Source of the DNA: Gammaproteobacteria bacterium
GTDB taxonomy: Bacteria; Pseudomonadota; Gammaproteobacteria; SZUA-152
Direction of reading: 5' to 3'
DNA: 45,057 nt
Assembly (NCBI GenBank): GCA_022340845.1
Contig: JAJDNG010000066.1
Coordinates: 1 to 45,057 of the forward strand
The notes beneath the pieces were generated by a model. That model made no database searches. It was not told the DNA's origin and worked only from the letters and a program-made list of their open reading frames with translations. Position numbers and translations under genes: made by a program. Below, piece by piece: positions 37,447-45,057 of the stretch (position 1 is the stretch's first letter; the number at the start of each line of letters is the position of its first letter).

Positions 37447-37926
37447 TTAATGAATATTCGCGGGCATTTCATCCAGGACCAGGCTTTCAACCCAGGTGTA
37501 TGCGGCTTCAAAGCCGGGTTGATTAAACATCACCATCAAAACCACCCACTTGAGCTGGTCCAAATCCATTTCATCGGCTTCCAATGCCATCACGCGATCA
37601 ATGATTAATTCGCGTACAGCGGGGTCCACGACTTTCATTTGCTCTAAATTAAGCAAGAAACCGCGGCACTCGGCATTGAGTTTTTTCAGCTCACTGCTGC
37701 TGTAAAGGCGGACTGAATTGATATGGTTGGTGATAGGCTCGGCGCACTCATCCTGGCCTTGTGCCAGGTCTTCCAGCCAGTTGAACGCCTTATTAATTTG
37801 GGTGCTGCGAAATCCTGCATCATTAAGCTGCGCCTTGAGTTTTTCTGGGTCACTGTACAAGGGCGAATCGTCGTCCATATAGTTTTCGAACAAGTACATT
37901 AGGACTTCAAACAAACTCTCTTTCAT
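37447..37926 (-). CDS. smg: Smg (DUF494) protein
   Basis: 'MKESLFEVLMYLFENY', 'AGF..QINKAFNWL', 'RELIIDRVMAL', 'LKWVVLMVMFNQPG'; downstream of dprA. Confidence 0.95.
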   Translation of the reverse strand: MKESLFEVLMYLFENYMDDDSPLYSDPEKLKAQLNDAGFRSTQINKAFNWLEDLAQGQDECAEPITNHINSVRLYSSSELKKLNAECRGFLLNLEQMKVVDPAVRELIIDRVMALEADEMDLDQLKWVVLMVMFNQPGFEAAYTWVESLVLDEMPANIH

Positions 37927-37939
37927 GTTTTTTCCTTCG

Positions 37940-39229
37940 TCAATGGGAGCGCGTATACATTCCCGCGTTTGATGTGACGCACCCTTTCAATTCGAGTTCC
38001 ACCAGCATGGCGGAAACCGCCTCGCTAGTCAATTGGCTTCGCTCCACCAGGGTATCGATGGAAGCGGGTTCATAGCCTAATTGGGCATATAAGCGCTGAT
38101 GTTCCAGGGTCGGTAACCAATCATTAAGCTTTTGATTATGTACGTCATTGCCGTCTCCGTCGGGTGCGGCTGCAAGGCAACTCCGGTGGTGTGACGATCG
38201 GTTTGGTGGTTGCGCATTGTATTCGGTGTTGGCTTGGGTGTCGTGGTGAATGTGTTGTGGGTTATCTACTAAACGCATTAGAGCGCCTAATTCTTCCATT
38301 ATATCATTAGCGGTTTCAACTAATTTAGCGCCTTGGCGGATCAAAGCGTGGCAACCGCGGGCTAATGGATTATGAATGGACCCGGGAATGGCAAATACCT
38401 CCCGGCTCTGTTCCATGGCGGTTCTTGCCGTAATCAACGAGCCGCTTTGGCGGGCGGCTTCCACCACCAGGGTGCCCACGCTCAAACCGCTGATGATACG
38501 GTTACGGCGTGGAAAATTCGCCGCCAACGGCGGAGTGCCCGGTGGAAATTCGGATATTAAGACACCGTGATCGGCGATGTCGTGGGCCAACGGCCGGTTG
38601 CGCGCCGGATACACCCGGTCCAGCCCGGTTCCCGCCACCGCAATAGTCAATTTGCGAGCCGCCAGGGCTCCCAGGTGGGCGGCTGTGTCAATACCCAGTG
38701 CCAATCCGCTGGTGATAACAAATCCAGCGTGGCTTAAATGCTTGGCAAACTCCCGCGCGGTTTCTTCGCCGTTATGACTGGGATTGCGGCTGCCCACAAT
38801 GGCCAATTGGGGATGGTTTAATAACTGTGGTTCACCGCGGTAAAACAACAATGGCGGGGGATCATGGATTTCCCGCAGCAGTTTTGGGTATCCGGGATCG
38901 GCTATGGTGAGTACACCGTTGTTTTGCTCGGACAACCATTGCAAATCTTTATCGACTGCAGACCAATCCGGATTGAGGAGATAGCGGCGGGTATTTTCCC
39001 TGATGATGGATTTGTTGACCAAATCACTGAAAAACCGGCCTTGCACTGCGGCGAATACTTCTTCGGGAGAGCCGAAATGTTCGAGTAGCGCGGAAAAAGT
39101 TGTACAACCGACGCCGGGGGCATGGAGCAAACCCAGCCAATATTTTAAGTCGCTGTTATGCACTTGGTTTTGCAAATGCTTGTGGTCGTTATTATGTACT
39201 TCGTTTAGCGCGCTTAGTGGCGTGCTCAT
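37940..39229 (-). CDS. dprA: DNA-protecting protein DprA (Smf)
   Basis: 'AIVGSRN', 'ITSGLALGIDTAAH', 'NFPRRNRIISGLS', 'VVEAARQSGSLITA', 'VFAIPGSIHNP'; ATG 39229 with GGAGG RBS. Confidence 0.96.
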   Translation of the reverse strand: MSTPLSALNEVHNNDHKHLQNQVHNSDLKYWLGLLHAPGVGCTTFSALLEHFGSPEEVFAAVQGRFFSDLVNKSIIRENTRRYLLNPDWSAVDKDLQWLSEQNNGVLTIADPGYPKLLREIHDPPPLLFYRGEPQLLNHPQLAIVGSRNPSHNGEETAREFAKHLSHAGFVITSGLALGIDTAAHLGALAARKLTIAVAGTGLDRVYPARNRPLAHDIADHGVLISEFPPGTPPLAANFPRRNRIISGLSVGTLVVEAARQSGSLITARTAMEQSREVFAIPGSIHNPLARGCHALIRQGAKLVETANDIMEELGALMRLVDNPQHIHHDTQANTEYNAQPPNRSSHHRSCLAAAPDGDGNDVHNQKLNDWLPTLEHQRLYAQLGYEPASIDTLVERSQLTSEAVSAMLVELELKGCVTSNAGMYTRSH

Positions 39230-39532
39230 GGTTCCTCCCGGGTAACACCCAGCTTGCGGAGGGTTCACGTAATTCAGGCTGCGAGCATTGCGATATCAAT
39301 CGGCGGCTTGGGTGTTTGTCACCGGATGGCAGGACAATCACAGGAAATATAGTCGCGGTTTAGATTGGTGGCACAATGAACAGAAACAACCTGAATTAGG
39401 TGGTTTCCGTAGCGCGGATAATATCAGGTATGGGGGGGAATTGCTTGTGCGATGTGAATATTCACTTTTTGGTCGTTACTACTTTCTTTGGCTCGTTACT
39501 ACTGCGCAGCGGCGTTTTCATCACATTTTTTA

Positions 39533-39609
39533 CCACGAAGACCATGAAGGGACAAGATATTCATTTCATGGCCTTCGCTAGGACAATTACCTCTTCGTAG
39601 TCTTCGTGG
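39533..39609. repeat. Inverted-repeat element (CCACGAAGAC.A.GAAG arms), REP/MITE-like
   Basis: Left ccacgaagaccatgaag (39533-39549); right cttcgtagtcttcgtgg (39593-39609); 15/17 complementary. Confidence 0.6.
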
Positions 39610-39629
39610 CGCAATTTACGACCGCTATT

Positions 39630-40718
39630 TCAAGAAGGATTACGGACGTAGTCGTTTATACGCATATCCCGGTCGGCTTCCATCACCAAGGCGTAACTGA
39701 CCCGGTCAAAAGTGCGTATGACCATCAAAATACCAGCGCGAGTGTCGGGCAGCGTCACTGTGCCGGAGGATTTTAAATCACGGACGTCTCGTACGGTTTT
39801 GCCGGTTTGGTAGACGGCAAGCACATGACCGGTTTCAATGCCATCTTGTTCGCCTCGATTAATGACCACGGTTTGATATTGACCAATGACCGAAACGCCG
39901 TCCACCACAGAAATGATCTGGCCTTCCACGGAAGATTGGGGTGCATGAGGAATAAAGGTTTCATCCAGGCCATAATCCCGTTTGGGTACCAGGCGGTCTC
40001 CCAGCAACACTTCCCGGTTTGCCTGGGTAATGCGCACTGTCGCCGGATCTCCGAAAGCGATGACTTTGGCGTCAGCCACGTGCAGGGCTTCATAACCGAG
40101 AATATCCCCCCGGCGGGCGCCGGGATTGCGGTAGGGATCGCCAATGCGCAACACGGAGAATTCACTGTCACCGCCTGAGACGATGCCACGGACATAGACG
40201 ATATCGCCTTCGCCCGCAATAATGCGGTTTTCGGTGCCGGCAAGCACATAAGCGGCGTTGTTAATTTCCCGTTTTGTGACAATACGTGGTTTGCCTAAAA
40301 ATTGACTAATGGCGTCCAGTGGGATGCTGGAAATGGGTTTGTCCACTCGGGTGGAGCGCACTTTGGGCGAGAATTTTACGGTGGCCTGACCCCGTTCCAC
40401 TTTCAGCATGGGTTTGCCGGACTCATCGTACACCAAGGCCACGACATCACCGGGGTAAATTAAGTGGGGGTTTTCGATTTGTGGATTAAAACTCCATACT
40501 TCCGGCCAAAGCCAGGGTGATGCCAAAAACCGGGCGGAAATGTCCCATAAAGTGTCACCTTTCACCACAACGTAGCGATCGGGGTGATCGGGTCGCAGAG
40601 CAATTTCATCGGCAAAAACCGATGTGGAAATGATAGCGCTTAACAATACGCCCAATAATGCGCCCAACAATCCGCTTAATGACGCGATTCGACCAAAGCT
40701 GTAGATTTTGTTTACCAT
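39630..40718 (-). CDS. LysM peptidoglycan-binding protein (conserved beside def/dprA; TsaP-like)
   Basis: 'YVVVKGDTLWDISARFL.SPWLWPEVW..NPQIENPHLIYPGD'; synteny LysM-dprA-smg. Confidence 0.93.
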   Translation of the reverse strand: MVNKIYSFGRIASLSGLLGALLGVLLSAIISTSVFADEIALRPDHPDRYVVVKGDTLWDISARFLASPWLWPEVWSFNPQIENPHLIYPGDVVALVYDESGKPMLKVERGQATVKFSPKVRSTRVDKPISSIPLDAISQFLGKPRIVTKREINNAAYVLAGTENRIIAGEGDIVYVRGIVSGGDSEFSVLRIGDPYRNPGARRGDILGYEALHVADAKVIAFGDPATVRITQANREVLLGDRLVPKRDYGLDETFIPHAPQSSVEGQIISVVDGVSVIGQYQTVVINRGEQDGIETGHVLAVYQTGKTVRDVRDLKSSGTVTLPDTRAGILMVIRTFDRVSYALVMEADRDMRINDYVRNPS

Positions 40719-41288
40719 ATTTGTTTCTCGTATTCCCTAATTGATCCAAAACGGAAGTTTATTTACATCGTTCGCTAATCTTTATAAATTAACAGGATAG
40801 CGCAAATAGTTCAGCAAGATTTATTCATTTTGTGACAGGTGTTTGTTCCCAGGGCCGTAAAATCTTTAAATTCATATCCCGTGCCACTATGTTACGAACT
40901 GGTTTCGGCCTTGCGTTAACCGTTGAGCAACTGTTTTATGCTGCTGATACTCCGGCGACAGATTAATGGTAGCCGTAAATTGCTACTATGGCGATAGGGT
41001 AACTAGCGGTTAAAATAACCAACTCTTTAAGATTTTGTGCGTCGTGCCGCGTTTGCCACAGAGAACTAAAAACCGGAACTTACCACTAGGGGCGTGCAGA
41101 CTTGCAGGGACAGTGTATTGAACAAAACTTGGTCATTTCATCCGGCCAGCCAATGCATGGAATTTGGGAATTCTTTTCAGGTCAAACAGTTAGTGGATAC
41201 CGGCAAAGTCAGTGTTAATGCGATTTATCGGTGTTAGCCATGATTTATTTACTATTGATGTGATCTATATTGCTGGGAGTTTTTCATT

Positions 41289-41792
41289 ATGGCAATTCTG
41301 ACAGTGTTACATTATCCCGATCCAAGGCTGCGTAAGGTCGCCCAGCCGGTGGAGCAGGTTGATGATCGTATACGCCAATTGGTCGACGATATGTTTGAGA
41401 CCATGTATCAGGCGCCGGGCATTGGATTGGCGGCCACTCAAGTAGACCAGCATAAACGCATTATTACCATCGACATCAGCGAAGATAAAAGTCAGCCGTT
41501 GTGCATAATCAATCCTGAAATTACTGAGTCGGGGGGCGTGGAGCGCATGGAAGAGGGGTGTTTGTCCGTACCGGGAATTTACGAGCCCGTGGAACGCGCC
41601 GAACATATCACTTTGAAAGCGCTGAACCGTGACGGTGAGCTCTACGAAATGCAGGCCGACGGTTTGTTGTCTGTGTGTATCCAGCACGAAATGGATCACT
41701 TGCAAGGCAAATTATTTGTGGATTATTTATCGGAATTAAAGCGCAAACGGATCCGCAAGAAACTGGAAAAACTGCGCCAGAAAACCATGTAA
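41289..41792 (+). CDS. def: Peptide deformylase
   Basis: [20 protein letters not shown] motifs. Confidence 0.98.
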   Translation: MAILTVLHYPDPRLRKVAQPVEQVDDRIRQLVDDMFETMYQAPGIGLAATQVDQHKRIITIDISEDKSQPLCIINPEITESGGVERMEEGCLSVPGIYEPVERAEHITLKALNRDGELYEMQADGLLSVCIQHEMDHLQGKLFVDYLSELKRKRIRKKLEKLRQKTM

Positions 41793-41824
41793 CCGAGTCT
41801 GCACTGCAAGGCCAAAGGAAGAAG

Positions 41825-41914
41825 GTTAAAAACGACTGCACCAAAAATAACTACGACAAAAACAACTACGTTAAATACAACTACGTTAAATACAACTGCG
41901 TCAAAAACACCAGC
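41825..41914. repeat. 6 x 15-bp degenerate tandem repeat between def and fmt
   Basis: gttaaaaacgactgc/accaaaaataactac/gacaaaaacaactac/gttaaatacaactac/gttaaatacaactgc/gtcaaaaacaccagc. Confidence 0.88.
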
Positions 41915-42021
41915 AACTGCGTATAGCCAAAATGGATTGGCCTGGCTGAGCACAACAATTCCACGACTTACCGCCTGGGATTAGGATACACTAACGCTTT
42001 TTTCCATCCCGCATCGATCTT

Positions 42022-42972
42022 ATGTCCACATTAAAATTGATTTTTGCCGGCACCCCGGAATTCGCGGCCCAAGTGCTTGAGGGATTGATAGACTCGCCAC
42101 ATGAGATTTGTGCCGTTTACACCCAGCCCGACCGACCGGCGGGACGTGGCCGCAAGCTTAAGGCCAGCGCGGTCAAAGCATTGGCCTTACAACATCAGTT
42201 AGCCGTTCACCAGCCTGACAGCTTAAAAAACGTCCAGGAGCAACAAATATTGCGGGAATACCATGCCGATCTAATGGTCGTGGTGGCTTATGGATTGTTA
42301 TTACCCCAAGCGGTGATCGACGCGCCTCGACTGGGGTGTGTGAATGTCCATGCCTCGCTGTTGCCCCGATGGCGTGGCGCAGCGCCCATCCAGCGCGCCA
42401 TTGCCAGTGGTGACGACCGCACCGGCGTCACCATCATGCAGATGGACGCCGGACTGGACACCGGCCCCATGCTGCTCAAACGAGAAATTCCCATATTGTC
42501 CGAAGATACCGCCCAGAGTGTGCACGACCGGCTGGCCCGATTGGGAAGAGACGCCTTGCTGGAGGCGTTGCAACAAATCGACAGTGGTAGGGCGCACGCC
42601 GAACCCCAGGACGACAATCAGTCCACTTATGCACGCAAAATCGACAAAACCGAAGCGCTGATCGATTGGCATCAACCCGCCCGGCAGATTCACAATCACA
42701 TACGTGCGTTCAATCCCTGGCCGGTGGCATATACCCACGTCGATGGCCAAACCCTGCGCATATGGCAAACTCAAGTGGCGGAAAACCACCGTGGTGACGC
42801 TACAGAGGATGCGCCTCCCGGTCAGGTCGTGCAAGAAAGCAAACAAGGCATTGATGTGGCTACGGCCAGCGGCGTATTGCGGTTATTGATGGTGCAATTG
42901 CCCGGCGGAAAACCACTGCCGGTGAGTGATTTTCTCAATGCTCACAGCTTGGCCGGGAAAATCCTGTCTTGA
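42022..42972 (+). CDS. fmt: Methionyl-tRNA formyltransferase
   Basis: 'IFAGTPEFA', '[12 protein letters not shown]', '[19 protein letters not shown]', 'MDAGLDTG'. Confidence 0.98.
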   Translation: MSTLKLIFAGTPEFAAQVLEGLIDSPHEICAVYTQPDRPAGRGRKLKASAVKALALQHQLAVHQPDSLKNVQEQQILREYHADLMVVVAYGLLLPQAVIDAPRLGCVNVHASLLPRWRGAAPIQRAIASGDDRTGVTIMQMDAGLDTGPMLLKREIPILSEDTAQSVHDRLARLGRDALLEALQQIDSGRAHAEPQDDNQSTYARKIDKTEALIDWHQPARQIHNHIRAFNPWPVAYTHVDGQTLRIWQTQVAENHRGDATEDAPPGQVVQESKQGIDVATASGVLRLLMVQLPGGKPLPVSDFLNAHSLAGKILS

Positions 42973-43048
42973 TACCGGTTCATAAATTTTCAGCCAGTTG
43001 GTGGGCCCTCTATCAAGCCATTGGTTGTCCACCGCGTCTACCATATCC

Positions 43049-44368
43049 ATGAACGCCCGTGCGGTAGCCGCTAAAGTCGTTCGAGATGTGGTAGGTTCCG
43101 CCATGCCGTTGGACGCTGCGCTGCAACAAAATGCCGGCTTATTGGGTAATGCGATGGATCAACCGTTGGTGCAGGAATTCAGTTATGGCGTGTTGCGTTG
43201 GTGGTTTCGCTTGCAGGAACAGGCCCACGGTCGGCTGCAAAAACCCATGAAACCCAAAGATCTGGACGTATTTTGTTTGCTGTTGGTGGGGCTGTACCAG
43301 TTACAATTCACCCGCATACCACCCCATGCGGCGGTGTCAGAAACAGTCACCGCGGTGCGGCAGTTGAAAAAAAATTGGGCGGACAAATTGCTCAATGCAA
43401 TATTGCGTGGCCAGTTGCGTGAAACAGAACGCAAAACAGAGTCTAACGTAACGGCGGACGACAACAGTTATTCTCCGCAAGCGAGGTTCGCTCATCCGGC
43501 CTGGTTGTTAGACCAACTGCAAACGGCCTGGCCGCAACACTGGCAGGAGATCGTCGAGGCCAACAATCAGCGACCGCCCATGACGCTTAGGGTTAACCGT
43601 CAAAAATCTCAGCGTGATGCTTACTTGGATCTATTACAGGAAAACGGCCTGGGCGCGCATGCCACGCAATTTGCGCCGCAAGGCATTGTGCTTGAACAAG
43701 CCGTCAACGTGGAAAAATTACCCGGTTTTGCGCAAGGCATGGTATCGGTACAGGACAGCGCAGCGCAATTGGCCGCGCAGCTATTACAACTGCAAGCCGG
43801 TCAGCGGGTGTTGGATGTGTGCGCTGCCCCGGGGGGCAAAACCGCGCACATATTGGAAACCACCGCGGATCTTGCTGAGGTGGTGGCTTTGGATATTGAC
43901 TCGCAGCGCCTGGTGCGCGTGGAGCAGAATCTGCTACGCCTGGGTCTTACGGCCCGGTTGATCTGCGGGGACGCGGCCAAGCCCCCATCGTGGTGGGACG
44001 GCGTGCTCTTCGACCGGATTTTGCTGGACGCTCCATGCAGCGCCACCGGGGTGATCCGCAGGCATCCCGATATAAAAGTGTTGCGCCAACCTGAGGATGT
44101 CCAGCGGGTGCGCACTCTGCAGCAACATATTCTCGACGCCGTGTGGCCGCTGTTGAAGCCCGGAGGAATGTTGTTATACGCCACCTGTTCCGTGCTGCCC
44201 GAGGAGAATGAATTCCAAGTGACCCGGTTTATTGAACGCAATCAAAATGCATGTTATCAAAGGTTTGATGCGCCCTGGGGGCATCAACGCCCGTTCGGGC
44301 GGCAGATTTTTCCCGGCGAACAGGAAATGGACGGATTTTATTACGCCTGTATAACAAAAAGTGATTAA
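43049..44368 (+). CDS. rsmB: 16S rRNA m5C967 methyltransferase RsmB
   Basis: NusB-like N-terminus, 'LDVCAAPGGKT', 'DRILLDAPCSATG', 'YATCS'; start set at ATG 43049. Confidence 0.96.
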   Translation: MNARAVAAKVVRDVVGSAMPLDAALQQNAGLLGNAMDQPLVQEFSYGVLRWWFRLQEQAHGRLQKPMKPKDLDVFCLLLVGLYQLQFTRIPPHAAVSETVTAVRQLKKNWADKLLNAILRGQLRETERKTESNVTADDNSYSPQARFAHPAWLLDQLQTAWPQHWQEIVEANNQRPPMTLRVNRQKSQRDAYLDLLQENGLGAHATQFAPQGIVLEQAVNVEKLPGFAQGMVSVQDSAAQLAAQLLQLQAGQRVLDVCAAPGGKTAHILETTADLAEVVALDIDSQRLVRVEQNLLRLGLTARLICGDAAKPPSWWDGVLFDRILLDAPCSATGVIRRHPDIKVLRQPEDVQRVRTLQQHILDAVWPLLKPGGMLLYATCSVLPEENEFQVTRFIERNQNACYQRFDAPWGHQRPFGRQIFPGEQEMDGFYYACITKSD

Positions 44369-45050
44369 ACCTAATATCAGACAAATGCTGGACACGCTTT
44401 GCAATTGGCGTCCATCTATAGCGGCTGGTGATGCGCCGTGTCCGGGACGATTGACCCGGGAAAAGTTGTCCAGGATAAAAGGATGCATTGCAACGGTATC
44501 GGGAGCGGTGTCGGTGGGGACATTATTGTTCGGGGTCGTGCATAGCGCGCCACTGCTGGCGGATGAACCGGGATTTACCATAACACGCGCCGAAGCCAAG
44601 CTGGTTAACCAGGTGTATCATTTGTCGGTTGAGATCAACTACGAATTTTCCAATAAAGTACTGGAAGCTATTCAAAGTGGTGTGCCTGTTGTTATCGCGC
44701 TGGATATTGAAGTGCGTCGGCCTCGCAGTTATCTTTGGGACGAGCAAATCGCCCAGCTTAAGCAGCGTTTCCAGCTTCAATATCATGCGCTTGCCGAACA
44801 ATATATCGTGGTCAATCTCAACAGTGGCGCGCAAAATACCGCACCCACATTGAATTCCGCGCTTTATTATCTGAAAGAGATCGATAATCTGCCTTTAATT
44901 GATCAGCAATTGCTGGAGCCAAACGAGAACTATAAAGTGAGAGTGAGGGTCGCTTTAGAGTTTGATTCACTGCCGGTACCGTTAAAGCTCAGCGCGTATA
45001 CTTCCAGGAGTTGGTGGTTAGGCAGCGGTTGGTTTGTGTGGGATTTATAA
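44361..45050 (+). CDS. DUF4390-family exported protein
   Basis: Follows rsmB as is usual; 'EAIQSGVP', 'LQYHALAEQY', 'LPVPLK'; start uncertain. Confidence 0.78.
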   Translation: MIKPNIRQMLDTLCNWRPSIAAGDAPCPGRLTREKLSRIKGCIATVSGAVSVGTLLFGVVHSAPLLADEPGFTITRAEAKLVNQVYHLSVEINYEFSNKVLEAIQSGVPVVIALDIEVRRPRSYLWDEQIAQLKQRFQLQYHALAEQYIVVNLNSGAQNTAPTLNSALYYLKEIDNLPLIDQQLLEPNENYKVRVRVALEFDSLPVPLKLSAYTSRSWWLGSGWFVWDL

Positions 45051-45057
45051 AGGTCTA

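Noticed and set aside
39288-39600. ORFs 39288..39581 and 39400..39600 (+)
   Set aside because: Antisense to the LysM-dprA unit, partly made of the inverted-repeat element, and without recognisable domains.
41030-41062. c-di-GMP-I riboswitch-like GGCAAAC...GACGCA on the - strand
   Set aside because: The GAAA tetraloop stem and second hairpin of the GEMM motif are missing.
41255-41268. FNR-like site upstream of def (ttgatgtgatctat)
   Set aside because: The second half-site does not match ATCAA at the N4 spacing.
41825-41914. Possible CRISPR array
   Set aside because: Units are 15 bp and contiguous with no unique spacers, and no cas genes are present; this is a minisatellite.
41675-41953. ORFs 41675..41926(+) and 41723..41953(-) as genes; Def stop-codon readthrough
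   Set aside because: They stay open because of the low-complexity repeat and overlap def. TAA readthrough is unlikely and Def already ends with a normal C-terminal helix.

Overview
A 45-kb chromosomal segment of a Gammaproteobacterium, probably a Calvin-cycle autotroph given the stand-alone phosphoribulokinase (inference). Core blocks are trxA-rho, a fadE-thiolase-fadB/J-fadD-thioesterase beta-oxidation operon, tas, prk, and smg-dprA-LysM / def-fmt-rsmB-DUF4390. Envelope-redox and signalling modules lie between them: (i) a TonB-dependent receptor running off the left edge and missed by the ORF track, divergent from a solute-binding protein and a histidine kinase with degenerate receivers; (ii) a TlpA-DUF4266-DUF3570-ApbE flavinylation cluster with a visible DALSGAS motif, a signal-less ApbE and a phased array of OmpR/PmrA-like boxes; (iii) an Irr/PerR-like Fur protein with an upstream palindrome; (iv) two paralogous triheme c7-type cytochrome lipoproteins bracketed by two ankyrin-repeat lipoproteins, the best candidate here for an undescribed system; (v) a ~1000-aa LVIVD beta-propeller protein apparently inserted into an Ig-like domain; (vi) a permuted NlpC/P60 enzyme heading the fad operon; (vii) a lipoprotein with duplicated 4-Cys domains. 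Short tandem duplications at gene ends recur throughout. No rRNA, tRNA, CRISPR array or transposase was recognised. All family assignments come from motif recognition by eye; no searches were run.
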